From positions 3,782,001-3,846,000 of the forward strand of contig CM119372.1 of NCBI GenBank assembly GCA_051294905.1: DNA of 64,000 bases, in the 5' to 3' direction. How positions within the stretch are numbered: the first letter of the stretch is position 1; each line of letters starts with the position of its first letter. Shown piece by piece: positions 36,660-49,689 of the stretch. The position numbers and the translations under genes are program-made. The stretch comes from Botryllus schlosseri (taxonomy: Eukaryota). The notes under the pieces were generated by a model. It was not told where the DNA came from. It saw only the letters and a list, made by a program, of their open reading frames with translations, and did not search any database.

Positions 36660-36917
36660 ATATAGAGAGAGATGATATTCGTTCTCGCCTGGCACCATCG
36701 AGATGCCTTGACGACGGAGTTGCGATACGGCCGTGAGGTGATCCAGTCTGCGCCCCCGTTTTTTTCTCCTCCATGCTATGACCGTGATTGCTGAGCGCCT
36801 AGCAGGATAGCTGCGGATACCAATTTTTGAGTCTTCGGTATGACCCGGCCGGGGATCGAACCAACGCCACGACCTACCGCTCGTGAAGCCGGACGCATCA
36901 CCATTACACTATCTCGC
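36660..36917 (-). mobile_element. tRNA-derived SINE family 2, probably MetaSINE superfamily
   Basis: A-box-like TAGTGTAATGG and B-box GGTTCGATCC, then GGGTCATACCGAAGACTCAAAAATTGGTATCCGCAGCTATCCTGCTAGGCGCTCAGCA, which resembles the Meta central domain (recognised from memory); (TC)n(TA)n tail. Confidence 0.65.
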
Positions 36918-38327
36918 TCAGTAGATGCTATTTCCATTTTTTGCGAGTTATCACACTTGGAATTGCTATATACTTCCCTTGGAGTAGCCTATACCAAAGA
37001 ATGTGTGGAAGGACCTTCTACATCTACATTCTTTGTCCTATAGTAGCCTATCGCAAATGAGTTAATCTGGCACATCAGAATACTAGCCCGGTGGGTCTTA
37101 ACCCTTATTTTACCTAGCGAACCCTTACTTTAATCTGCAATAGGCATACCTGAGCAAACCCCAAATTTTCGATGAGTCACGAAAACAAAAATCTACCATA
37201 TTAGGCATCTAATCCATTGCCATAGAATACTGGTGCACAAAATGGAACTGCGCATCAACTCCAGTATTAAAAGAACGAAGCCATTACATGACATTCACGA
37301 GGAACCAAAAAATTTATATTTGCTGCAACGCAAGTGTGACTTCCGCTGCAACAGTTGGACGAAACTGGCTCAATGAACCCCGGTTAAGGGCCACTGTACA
37401 AGCCGCTACTTTCTGAATTGCTTTCCGTTGGCAGGATGCGGCATATTCTTAAGGGGAGTGTATGTGACCACACCAAATTACACATCTGTTTTGATACACC
37501 ACAATGGATTCGTGACAACACTTTATTGTGGAACAACTTTCGTCCCCCCTAAATTAAAGCATACGGTTCCAACTTCAAGCCTTCGGCCAAGCGCACGATA
37601 AGCTATCATTAAATCCTCCTAGTGCTCGTAGTGTCGACTGGACCCAGCAACCGTGAACGGCGCCAAGATTAGCGTACACCGACAGACATCTTGAATAGAA
37701 GAAACAGCGTGCTCGATCCCCAGACCAGCGCTCAAACGAATACAGACAGAACGGAAGCGGGCCATGCTTTAAGTCGCCAGCTCAGTATAACCATAACCAT
37801 ATTACGGAATCTGGGCTTGGTGTAAAAAACCAACACTCGTCGATACCAAAGGCCTGGCTGGGCACAATGATTCTAGATTAGATTATACGATTGTTTAGCA
37901 CTGAAATTATACGCCCGTTGTCATTAATGTTAATTTATCGAAGAGAATTATAGTTTCGACGGTATTTTTCCAGGCTGTAAACTGGTCGTATCGTAGCATA
38001 CTAAACGTGTAGGTAGCCGTATAAAAAGCTACACACACAGTTCAATTATATAGTTATGGCCGTGGAATTACTAAATAATCTTGAATGTGATTCATTACTG
38101 GCATGATTTTATTCGAAATTTCCGCTCTTGTGTGGCCACTGGCCATCTTGAGAGATAGTCCAAGCCTATTACTCGATTCAAAGTCTAATTATCCAGGTGC
38201 TCGATTGTGCTCAGCCCGAGTCGACACAGCGTGAATAGATTTTACCAAACAACAACAACAACAACAACAACAGAAAACAAATAGAACGCTTGTGCATAGG
38301 CGACAATCATTTATTCTTTATTAGGCG

Positions 38328-41300
38328 TCATGAACTGTCGTCGTCCGATGATTCATCGTCCGTCAAATCCGGCACCGGAAAGCGCAAAATAGCGGCTATC
38401 CCTGTCAACTGGGTGAGCTCTGAAACACACATAATAAAAATGCAGGGACCCATAAATTCAAAGAGGATACGACTGGCTTACACTCGTCAGCCTAGTAGAG
38501 ATTTCAATACAACTATGTATAATTGTATATCGACGAAAGTGGGGCGAAAATATTTTCGGCACTTTCTTAGACACCGATTTCGGATATTGCTGTATTTAGA
38601 AACGAAACGGTCGATTGTAGGTTGGCGGCTTGGCGCGTCTTGAAAACGATGGGTTCGTAGGGTTAATCTACTGTTTTACAATGGTGTCCGTGACTTGAGG
38701 TCGGGCGCCACTGCTTTACACCGCAAACCAGATGGCGGTATGGATTCGGATTTTCAAAACGTTCGATTCGCAGATTTTGGAACGAATACGTATTTCCGAA
38801 TATTTTGAGGCTGGACTAGGTCCTGGACTTTCCAATGTTATTTCTAATACTGAAAAGTGAGTGGTTCCAGTTCAAGTAGCGTATTTTGAAAAGTGAGTAG
38901 TTCTAACTCAGGATGCGTATTTTGAAGTGAGTAGTCTTAGTTCTAGTTGCGAATTTAGAAAATACAGCATAGCTGGTACAATGTGCAAGTCTGCAAGTAG
39001 CTCATCTCTGCCGAAAAATCAACAAGTACGACATCGACTAAAACTTACGCTCTCCCGTGATATGCATCGACGAAAACACCCGCACCGTCCCGCCGTTCTC
39101 GCGCACGCTGTCCACCACCGCTATCAACCTCTTGCGTTTCGCCACGTCGTGAGTGCGCAGCAAACCGTCGCATATCAGCAGCGTGTCAATGGCCTGCGAC
39201 TCGCTAGCTTGGAAGACTTCTTTTTCCCTGCCGCAAACGAAGGTGTGTCACGTCATTTCTACGGGACATAGCAGCGGAGAGCTGGATAAATTAAAAATTT
39301 CAAGCATCTCCAAATTAGATTGGATTTTGAATTACTGAATTCGCAAAAGATAGAAAGCATGCGGCACTTCCAAATTACATCGGAATTGGACTTACTGGAA
39401 TTCCCAAAAGCGAGAAAATTCTCAGCATTCACAAATTAGATTAGAATTAGACTTACTGAATTTGCAATATCCAGAAGAAAATTTTGTGCATTTCCAAATT
39501 ACCGAAGAATTACCAATTCGCAAAAACTAGACAATTTTCAGCATTTTCAAATTACATTAGAAATAGAATTACTGAATTCACAAAAACTAGAAAATTTTCA
39601 GCATTTTCAAATTACATTAGAATTCGAATTGCTGAATTTACAAAGACTAGAAAACTTTCAGCGTTTCCAAGGAAGATTAGAATTACTGAATCAAAAAAAA
39701 ATCGGCATTTTCAAAGTAGATTAGAACTAGAATTACTGAGTTCGAAAAAACAAGAAAATTTTCAACACTCCAAATTAGATTGTAATTAAGATGACTGCAT
39801 TTTAAAAAAAAATCGGAAATTGAAACATAATTCGAATTTGAATGAAAGACACTCATTTTCACAACCATGAGAATAGAAAGTGTCTGTACATCGACCTCAG
39901 GCTAGTACATTGTACAGTGTACACTTCTCCTATAGCATTTACAGGAAAACCGCAAATCAGATCACAATCATGAAGAGCATAAAAACATTTCACGCATTAT
40001 CTAGCCAGCCAAGTCTGCTACCATCAAACCCGACCACGCAATAATACCCGTAGTATGCTTTGTCCGGTTCCAGCTGCAGCATCTTATAGAAATGTTCCAA
40101 AACCCTGATTTCTTCCGCGGCCTTCGTGTCCGACAGCCTGGCGACCACGGCCGGATCGCTCAGCACTTCTGCAACCAGAGATCGCCGGTTTCGGAATCCG
40201 GCTCCGGAAGAAACCCGAAACTCCGACTCACCTTTCAAAGAGTGCTTGAAACCGGAGGAGGCGTGCACCAGGAGAAATTTCGGCTTGTTATCTAGCAGCA
40301 GCCTGTTGTCGATTTTGGCCGCGTAATCGAACATGTATTCGTGGAACTGGTCCTTCACGAAACCAGGGCTGGCTATCAGAACACATTTCACCACTGCAAC
40401 AAGAGAGAGAGCCGCGTATTTCAGGAGTCTTGCGACTACAGGTACAAATCCTACAACAGCATGTTGGTAATATGTGTATACTGGTTGAGGTCTAGTGAGG
40501 GTCGTTGTTCTAAATTTATCGATATAGCGAGGTCGCACTGCTGACGACCGCCGTTCCGACATGCAGTTTTAAAAGTCACTGTTCGGAGCCCGAGCCCTAT
40601 TTATACTTGAAGGGGATTTCATTTCTTTGAGAAAGTTTTTAAAAGCAAGTACAACTGATAGAGCATGTTTCACAGTCATAAAGGTCAATCATTACATGCT
40701 TTGACATCGAGCCCACTGCTTCAGTGCTTAATTCTACTCAAAAAATCAGTAATTTACTTGTAACTTCTTTCTTTTCATATTCAAGACAAAGTTCTATAAA
40801 AGAGAGATTAGACACAAGTCGTTTTTGCCCCTTTTAAGCCCAAAACTAGCTTTATAGTGTGTATGTATGTTTATCAATATATTGCGAAATTCGCTTTTTT
40901 TTGGCTCGTTCGGGGAAATTGCACGGCCACTAGAGGGTGCACGAACCCAACATTACGATAGAAATTATTTATTTGATATTTGGCACCACACATCGAGATC
41001 ACCTTTCGAAGAGTTGTTCAAAAATGACTTACAGTGCATAGTAAATTTGACTCAATTCAAACCGGCGGAAGAGAATTTACTGGAGTGGAAAGGTTTTACG
41101 GTGGGTGGCTTTAAAATTGATGATGAATTTCCCGAAATCCAAAATTTTGTACACAAATATCTTCGCTTCTACGGGTTGGAATTGAGAAACGTTTGTTACG
41201 CGTCGTTTATTGACACACCTCAACCATTTCACGGTGTAGGCAGTTATATTTGAAACAAATTTCATCTTTTAATACATAACTGTAATAGCTTCGTTTCTAC

Positions 41301-44300
41301 AGGTTAGAATTGGGCCAAACTTGCTGTGCAGCGTTTTTTTTTCAACCAAAACTAACCTAACAATTTTATAGAATACCCCGTAAACTTTTATAGAAAAATT
41401 ACTTCTGAACAACTCTGCTACGCATGTTACGGAACGCGATGCTGTATATCGCGCAGGTCAATAGGTGACGCGACCCTATTTAACGTCACGAAGCTAATTA
41501 GCACAGCAGCGCCGACGTATTCTACACGAGATTACTACAAGAGAATTTTCTTGAGCCACGCGTTCGGTCGATACTACGGTGACACGCCAATTAGGCTCTA
41601 CCAAACGAACATTTCAATTAGCGCGCCGATGCCCCTGAGGTTTGGTAGCGGTCCATAATTGAAGATGAGGCGGAATTAATATTTTGCACAACGCGGATCA
41701 GAGGATTGATGCCAATTTGAAATCAGTACATTGTGCGCTTTATAGTGAATACGATTGTTGATATACAATGTTCTCTCCAATTCTCAACTAGTTGCTGACG
41801 AGTCCGCTTGTCAAGTGTCAGCCGAAAATATTCGGGTTTATTTCAATGTGAATTGAATATTCTATCCAACTGTGTAGTGTAAGAGTTCGATGCTGCTAGG
41901 CTGGTCCCAATTTCGAATGGGCGAGTGCTTTGGTCTATTTTAAATAGGCCTATGTAAAACCGCACATGATGACATCTCATCAGTATGAATGCTGGGGAAT
42001 TTCAAATACGCAACTTCCATGTTGCACAAAAGAATATAATGCTATTTCTACATCACATTCGCGGTACTTCGGTATCGTTACGACCATACTTATTCCATTG
42101 CAACGCGATACAATTCTGAGCCGGGATGTTTTCGTGTACTACGCTGTTGGTCAAGAGCTCAAGACATACACCTAGGGTTAGTTCGGATATCAATAATTTT
42201 CACTATCCGGATAACGGATATATCCGGATATTTTGGAATTTATCTAACCGGTTAACCGGATAATAACTGCTAAGTGAGACAATCGATTTCATTAGGTCTG
42301 CATGTAAAACGGATCGCAAAATCATTACACAGTGTTATTGTAGAGTACCTTCCTACGCGCGCAGTATGAGCGAATACGAGAAAAACCACGCAAATTTAAT
42401 GTTCACCGCTTCTGCAATGCCCTCTTTATAAAGCACAGATGCATCAATTGTGGGATCCTTTAGCCGGGACCGGAATTTTGTAACAAATAGTCTACGTTCA
42501 TTGAATGCTTTTTCAGCTTCCACAGAAGTGGGCTGAATAGGAAGCAGCGCTTCGTAGAGAGTTAAAAGGTTGGCAGGTCGTACGCCGGAAACTTCAACGG
42601 CTTTACATCCTTTTGACCATCCTTATGTTTAGGTTTGGAGTACTAGAAGGACGACTAGCTGATACTGGAATTGATACCGACATGATACCTCGCTCTAATT
42701 CACGTGATCAGGCACGCAGCCAGCCGAAAATGTAGGGGGATTGAAATAAAATCAGGGGGTTTCGATTTTTTTTCGAATTATTCATCAGGGGAAATTAATT
42801 ATGCTTGCACGCACGCACATTTTTGCGAACATTAGATGTCATTCAGTTTCGCGGTGTCACTCTCAGGATTACTAATTAGAATACACTTAACGGCATATCG
42901 TCAACAAGCCATCTAGAGATAGGAGCCAATGCATGCTGGGTCCGAGATGGTTAGGCAGGCGATTATATCGTTCGTAGGCCTATTGCAGATGCGATTGTGT
43001 AGGTCAACGATAATATCGTGAGCACCAAGCCAATGAAGATGCGATTGTGCTGGCCAGCGATGGAATAGTGTGTACACTGCACATGGCCTATTGCAGATGC
43101 GATTCTTCAATCCAGTGGAACTATCGACTTGTTGTAGACGCGATAAATCAGGCCAGAGACCATAGCCGAGCGCGCGGCAATCAATGACCTAATTTAACGA
43201 TCTTCTCAGCAGGAGATCGCGTCACATTACATTGTGCAATGTGTACAGACGCATCTCGCTAATTGGCAACACGCTTCTCGTTAATAGGCCGCGCCAACAC
43301 TGATTACGACTTATTGAAGCTTACTAAAACGTGTAAAATGCATTAGCAACGATTCTTTATTATCCGGTTAACCGGCAGAAAAATATCCGGATATCAGATA
43401 GTGAAAATACCTGCGGTTAACCGTTTAACCGCTATCCGGATAATCCAACCCTACATACACCCCAACTCGTACTGATTTACGGTAAATATGCATCATTACT
43501 TTTATTTGCATGAAAACCAGCTTGTAATCGTTTTGTTCTTTTGACGCACCTCTCAAATCCCGGTAGCATTCGTAAAAGCCATACTTCAATATCGCAGCCA
43601 ACAATATATTCACACCGCCAAATTCGTTACAAGAGCTTTGATCTGGAGCAAAAGCCGGTAAGTGCGGTCAAATAAATTAGGCGGGATGAATATATTTTCC
43701 GTCGAGATATTATATGCGCGACAGGTGACAAAGAAACGGAACACCCCGCGAAAGGCTTACCGTCAAAGTTGACGTGTCGCAGTATAGCCTGCATGACGGA
43801 CTCGAAAAATCGCTCCACGCCCTGCAACACAAAATCAATCGCGGGTCGATAACGCTCGGTTGTGGTCAGCAAAGAAACACAATTGTACGCGAGTAGGTTT
43901 TGCTGACATGTGCACTGCTTTCTCAGGCGGCTGTGTTTTAGGCTACCCCCACTTCAAGTCGTTGGTAATTTTCCGTTAGTATGCCACTTGCAATTTGGAA
44001 AACGGCCACGCCCAATCACCTGCAACTTGTATGCGACCCATCGGGCGAACCCACTTTTTGCAACTACCTTGTAATGAAGCTGATTCACCCTTTTATGTGG
44101 AAAATGGCCACCTCCGATCGACTGCTGAAAGTTCGCGACGCATCTTTAGGGCCCTTCATTTTCTACTCACGCTAGCATAGAAACTCTCACTCAAGTGATT
44201 CCCAATCGCGGCTCCAAGGTAGCCTTCTTACGGTTCCGATTGACCTCTAAACATGCCACAAAATTATAATAGGCGCCAGTTTTTGGTTGTTGCTATGAAT

Positions 44301-47300
44301 AGTTATAGTCAATTTCTGTATATGAAAGCTAAAATGTGGGATATTAGTTGTGTCTTTTGTGCAATAAGTGCTGGAATGTGTGAAGACTGAAGAGCTGTCA
44401 CATAACGATATTATGTTCTATGTTGCAGTAATGAAATGCATGTTCAGTTTATTTCAATGTATAGCACTCGCCAATCTGCGTCTATCAATGCTAAAATAAA
44501 CGATAAAGAATCTATAGAAGTCTATATGCGATGTGCATTCTTTTGAATTAGCTGTGCATGGAGAGATCCAGAGGTAGGCTGGCTACCTTTAAATTTCGTT
44601 ACAAGTAAGCCTACTCTGCAGTTTGAAATGCGGCCCCGACATCCAACAAGGTTGGGAACCACTGCGGTCTCACTACTTAAAACAAGCCTGGAAATACTCG
44701 AAAATCGTTGACTGGCTATATTTTGGAGACTCTTGGGAGGTAAAGAACTTCAATATACAGTTGAATAGTATATTCAAACGGGAATAAACCCGAATACTTC
44801 GGCTGGCACTGGTCAGTGGTAATCGTCAGCAACTAATAAGAATTATTACCCCTCACGAGTGTCAGCCGAAAATATTCAGTTTCATTTCAATAAAACACAT
44901 TCTTCAATTGCGACCGGCCATACCTTGTCGTGCTGCTGCGAACTGCCTTTCCTTTTGCGCGGTATGTGCATCTCTATCTTGGCCCGCACCAGAGTCATGC
45001 TGGCCAGTACGAGGCAAACGTGCGCGATGCCCTCTTGCATGACGACCGCGGCCACGTCGGAGTTTTGCGACGGGTCGCACGCGGTGTCTGCGGTAGCGAG
45101 AGAGCGTTTTAGCGGTCAAAATCGGCGGGAAAATCGCAGTGATTAGCATACTTGGACAATTAGATAACTCGATTTGTGTTGTATGTCGTTCTAATTAGGT
45201 ACCTATTTCAATTTCTGAGTTTTAGCGGATTCATCATTTCTAATTCTAATGCCTTAATTTTTAAAAGCTCGAAGTTTTCTCGTTGTCATAGTCAGGATTG
45301 CACTGTTGAGGTACCGATTCGATCCAGCACGACGCTGTCCCAGCATTTCTTGGCCAACGTGAATTTCCTGTTCGGCTCCAAGTCCAGAGTGTGATACGCC
45401 CCCATCTGTTGTACAAATTAAATAGATGTACCGACGAGCCATGACCTAAACCTGCCCGTCCCCAGGCCAATATATATCTCGAAATTGCTAAAATAAACTC
45501 GGTTCAACTCTGCAAGACATCAGTAAGTCCGCTTAGCCTTGCAGGAATGGAGGTGTTGACTAAACGAGAGTAGTCACATTGCAACAAGGAAAAAGGATTA
45601 GCCATAGCCACCACATCACTCTTCGGTATTGATTTGCATACAATTCGCCGGGTTGGTCTCGCTGCTCGCTAGGAGCACATTGTGAATTGCAGCATTCATT
45701 GCCGCAACAAAAATTTTGCAAAATCTTGCAGAAAGAGCTGCAATAGCTCGCGGCAAATGCAAGCGGGGTAGCGGTTTCAGACGGCTTAGTTCCGCTCAGT
45801 TTTATCATGAACCACAAGATTGCGGCACGGCAATTAATCAAATACCCGCCTTGCCTAATAACAAGGATAAGAAAACTTGATTGGTGTATTCATATTGAAA
45901 CGAACTCATCATCAACGAGTGAAGAATTCGAAGAGCTTCTCGGAGGTACAGAACTTCAATATACAATTGAGTTGGAAAAAGCATCGTAAATCAATGATCA
46001 TATCACTAAATATGACGTCACCGGCATGAAATTCCAGCAGTCCCTCAAGCTCAATGCATTAATTTGTACTATATTGGAACACACTCTTTTTGTTGGTGCA
46101 AATTTGATTAGCGGATTATAAGGTGCATATCTGGAGCATCTTCAGACAACGCGATGGAATGGTAAAGTAGGTTTATGTTGATGTAGTATTTATGATTCGA
46201 GGCTATTTTCACTTTTACTTACGTTTTTTAAGCAAAACTACTTATTTTTACACTTAGGATTTTGTCGAAAGTAGTTTTGATCACAAATAAAGCAATTCGA
46301 CTCTTCCAGAGTACCCATACTGGAGTGGAGTGGGTATGATGATAGAATACCTCTACTTCAACACAATCTTCTGTTTTTCAGGCAATATTAGGCCCAGAAT
46401 ACTGACTTGTTAACAGGGAGGTTCCGAGTCACAAGTCAACCTCACTTTTATAGTTTTGACTCGAGTCAAGTCGAGTCATTTTCAATTCACCACCGAGTCT
46501 TAGTCAGCGAGCAGCGGGTCGATTCCAAGTCACAGTGTTCACTGTTCAGTTTTGAGTTCAATCCGGTGACACAGTCTTAACAGTTTCTGGTCCTATTTTC
46601 CTAGTATCAGGACTGAAAGACGAAATATCAATTATGTGGTGACTTCACTATTCTTAGAAGCTACAATGAAATGTCTGTCTTGGCCGTCTCAGTCTCGAGT
46701 CATATGACTTAATTCGAGTCATGCACGATGACTTGAACACAAGTCGAGTCAATGCACAAATTGACTGTAGTAGAGTCATTTTACGCATTTGAAAATTTGA
46801 CTCGAGTCAAGTCAAGTCAAGTCACAAAAAAATCGTGAGTCGAGTCATTACAACCCTGCTTTTTAATTACTCGGAAATCAGGACTCCCTCTTGTATTTGA
46901 CAATTAATTTACATCAATACTTCTACTTGAGTACTTTGACAACCTGGGCCGGAATCTCACCTTGACGAACTGGTTTTCGACAATATTCCTGCCCTTGACC
47001 CGGAGCACGCATCCCTTGGAATCAAAATCCAACGTTTTCACAGTGATGGTCAAGGTCGTCCTTACGCGACTGCTGGTGCTGCTGCCCGTGTTGGACTCCG
47101 ATTGAACCTGCGACAACGAAAATGTTGTTATAGACAGACAGACAGACAGACAGACACAGACAGGTTGGTTTACACTTGGCATTCTCGTGTCATGTCTGAG
47201 AGAATGGAATCTGATTCGATATGGAATGAACTTTGATTTTTGTTGCGTTTCTTTCCAAGTCGGAAGTTTGATTCAATTTCAGTAATTCTAATTCTAATCT

Positions 47301-49689
47301 AAATTTGGGTACACGCATTGCAGCTATAATTCTAATTCTAATGTAATTTGGAAAAGCTGAAATCTTTCTGGTTGTGCAAACTCCAGCTCACTTTATAGAT
47401 ATGTATATTAAAACCACACACATATATGCAGAGCAGGGGTGGTCAACCTTTTTGGTAAAAGGGCCACATTTTGTTGAGGAACGATCGCGCGGGCCACTAG
47501 CCGCACCAGGCGCGAAATTTTTTCAAAGTTTATACGTCGATATTATTGTTACTTGAGTATATTACGGGTTTGCTGTATATTGCTGGGCTCAGTTTGCAAG
47601 AACTGGACTATTTGGCGCCTGGACATATCGATATCGAAAGCTTTGGCCAACATGCGTCAATCATTTTATGCCTATGTTTCTTCGTCGACGGTCTTTCTGC
47701 GTGCGCAAACGCAAGGTCACATGTTGGACGACACTTTCTCTTGTAATCGCGATCGTAATTAGACCTAATATGGTACATTAGGCGTTCTTTAATTTTCAGG
47801 AAGGGGCAACAATATCAAAAGCAAGAAATCGAGCGACAACATATTGTGTGAAGCGTGAAAAAAATTTACTTTAGCTAAATCTATCACAGAATATTCTGCT
47901 TTATTGTAATGTACGAAGATCTACCAAAATTTGACTGGCCCATGGATCTGCCAATGCGTCGGAACTGATATTCTAGTCGTCACATCCCAAATGTTGCGGC
48001 CAGACTAATCAAATTTTTGATTGGCCGTGCAAGTTCACAATCTGGGCAATCCATTTTTGGTAACATTGCCAATTTCTAAAATTACTTCGCGGGCCACGGG
48101 TTGGCCGACCCTGATGCAGAGTAACCATATATATATCCTAAAAAAAAGTAATATTGCCTTTAGGAAATCACGTAGAATACTTGGAGAATATATTTGCAAA
48201 AATCAGCCGTGCATAATTTCAGGAACTTGACGAAAAGTATTTCTTTCGGAAATATCTCGGCAATGACTAACTTTGAAACAACGTGAAAACTGAAAGCACA
48301 CAAACACGGCCAAGAATATGGGCCAAAAAATGAAAATTAGACAAAAACTTCATTTTCTATCAGTATGAAGAGTGAATCACAAAATTTGAAAAATAGACAA
48401 AAGCTACTTTGGTTCCACAGCGACGATATGTAATATAAATATATTATGTTACATAAGCGCCATGCATAGAGTGGTGCAAAGTATTTCAACCAAAGATGTT
48501 ATAGTGACGTGAAAAATGGTGATCCATGAAAAAGGTTCACAGTGCAGAACCTACCAAGGTTCGTTTGTGAACGTGAACCTATAAATTTCTGTGAACCTCT
48601 AAACTTCTGAGGTTCACACACAGAACGCGATCGTGAGCCTCATGTTTACACCATCCCTGGTAAATAGTTGAGTTGACATTTACTCGTTATCACGGACTCG
48701 CTAATAGACAGCACTGATGATCTCGTTGGGCAGACAATAGAAATATACGGCGGGCATTTAAGCATTTATTGGCAAGCATATATTACATGGTATGAGATGG
48801 TAACTATATTAAAAAACTGGGCTATCATGCTTACCTTACGCACAGTTGACGACCTCAAACTGTCCCCCGCCTGTATAATATTGTACGCGTGCCACATGTC
48901 CTCCCCATCTTCAGCGATCAGAGTGACCTGACTGTACAGAAATTTCGCGGATTAATATCAGCAAAACGCAAAATCAAAGAATCGATTACAAAACAAGTCG
49001 GGCCAGAGACGGACAATTAGAAAAATGTGCAGCTTTTCCAAGTTTGATCAGAATTAGAAATACAGCTATGCAGTGGGGTTGTTGAAAAAACCGGATTCCG
49101 AGGATTCACATTCTAACCCAATTTTGGAAATATATTCAGTTCCCATTGTTTCCCTTTTCCCCATGACAAAACATATCTGCAACAGCCACATTCAACAGAA
49201 GGGCATACAGCAGTGGTTTTCAACCTCCAGATTTGCAAAATGGTTGATAACCCAATTTGTATTTCTTTAAATTAGGGAAATCACAATGTTGTTACGCTTC
49301 AAAACTTGCATCGACGGAATGGCCGTTCGAGATAAAATATCCTGCTGCGCAAACTCATTTTAATTGCCAAGATGATGAAAAACAATAAAGTTAGGGTTCT
49401 TAAACGTTTGCAAAAATCCGTTTTCTCCTGTGACAAACGTAACCCCTCATACAGAATAACTTAATAAGTTGAGCTGCTAAATAGAAATGACTAGGCTGGA
49501 CGCTATATATTCATTAAAAAAAAGTGCGCCAAGACAAAAAGGTTGATAAATACCAGTGTATCGGCTATGTATCGTACAAGATTAAAAATCCTGGAAGTCA
49601 CAACTGGGACGCCATCGTCACTGCACATCAAATCACATAAATTCTCACCCGGAAGAGTCTTTGGTGATGTTCCTATGAATGAGCTTCAT
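38328..49689 (-). CDS. pelo: Protein pelota homolog (eRF1-like ribosome rescue factor), 384 aa
   Basis: Exons 49689-49649, 48931-48835, 47107-46961, 45405-45315, 45087-44924, 43821-43761, 40393-40232, 40168-40048, 39227-39049 and 38419-38328; GT-AG, phases consistent, 1155 nt. Motifs [65 protein letters not shown] just after the stop. Confidence 0.97.
39290..39800. repeat. 60-bp-period tandem repeat in pelota intron 8
   Basis: Lines 39541-39600 and 39601-39660 are near-identical at an exact 60-bp offset; roughly 8-9 degenerate units. Confidence 0.72.
41749..41895 (+). mobile_element. Degenerate solo Penelope pseudo-LTR/hammerhead unit in pelota intron 6
   Basis: Colinear with 58214-58376; second CTGACGA box mutated (TTGTCAA); GAAAATATTCGGGT retained. 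Confidence 0.6.
42173..43453 (-). mobile_element. Internally deleted hAT transposon (1281 bp) in pelota intron 6
   Basis: TAGGGTT termini with TATCCGG/TTAACCGG subterminal repeats; perfect TSD CATACACC. Minus-strand remnant of the hAT dimerisation domain ([31 protein letters not shown]) at about 42410-42598. Confidence 0.87.
44726..44893. mobile_element. Inverted pair of degenerate Penelope pseudo-LTR/hammerhead units next to pelota exon 5
   Basis: Minus copy with core CTGACCA (44785-44825) and plus copy with core CTCACGA (44848-44885); both cores mutated. Confidence 0.6.
46414..46858. mobile_element. hAT-type MITE with GACTCGAGTC repeats in pelota intron 3
   Basis: CAGGG..CCCTG termini; TSD CTTGTTAA/CTTTTTAA (7/8). 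Confidence 0.68.
47434..48113. mobile_element. hAT-type MITE in pelota intron 2
   Basis: Termini CAGGGGTGGTCAACC / GGTTGGCCGACCCTG; perfect TSD ATGCAGAG (47426-47433, 48114-48121). Confidence 0.8.

Noticed and set aside
11440-36917. tRNA-like sequences at 11440-11518, 14217-14290, 15440-15500 and 36845-36917 as tRNA genes
   Set aside because: A/B boxes are present but no complete cloverleaf forms, and three of the four continue into shared SINE bodies.
39484-39789. 101-aa repetitive ORF
   Set aside because: By-product of the 60-bp tandem repeat (period divisible by three).
39990-40562. 190-aa minus ORF as a single pelota exon
   Set aside because: It reads through the 63-nt intron 40231-40169 and flanking intron sequence; the true exons are 40393-40232 and 40168-40048.
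42755-42792. Minus-strand CTGATGA...GAAA...TC resembling a hammerhead
   Set aside because: Helix I cannot extend beyond one pair and there is no helix III complementarity.
38290-45394. Plus-strand ORFs 38290-38643, 38927-39271, 40092-40544, 44859-45146 and alternative-frame minus ORFs 44904-45149, 45254-45470
   Set aside because: They overlap pelota exons in antisense or in the wrong frame and are shadows of GC-rich coding sequence.
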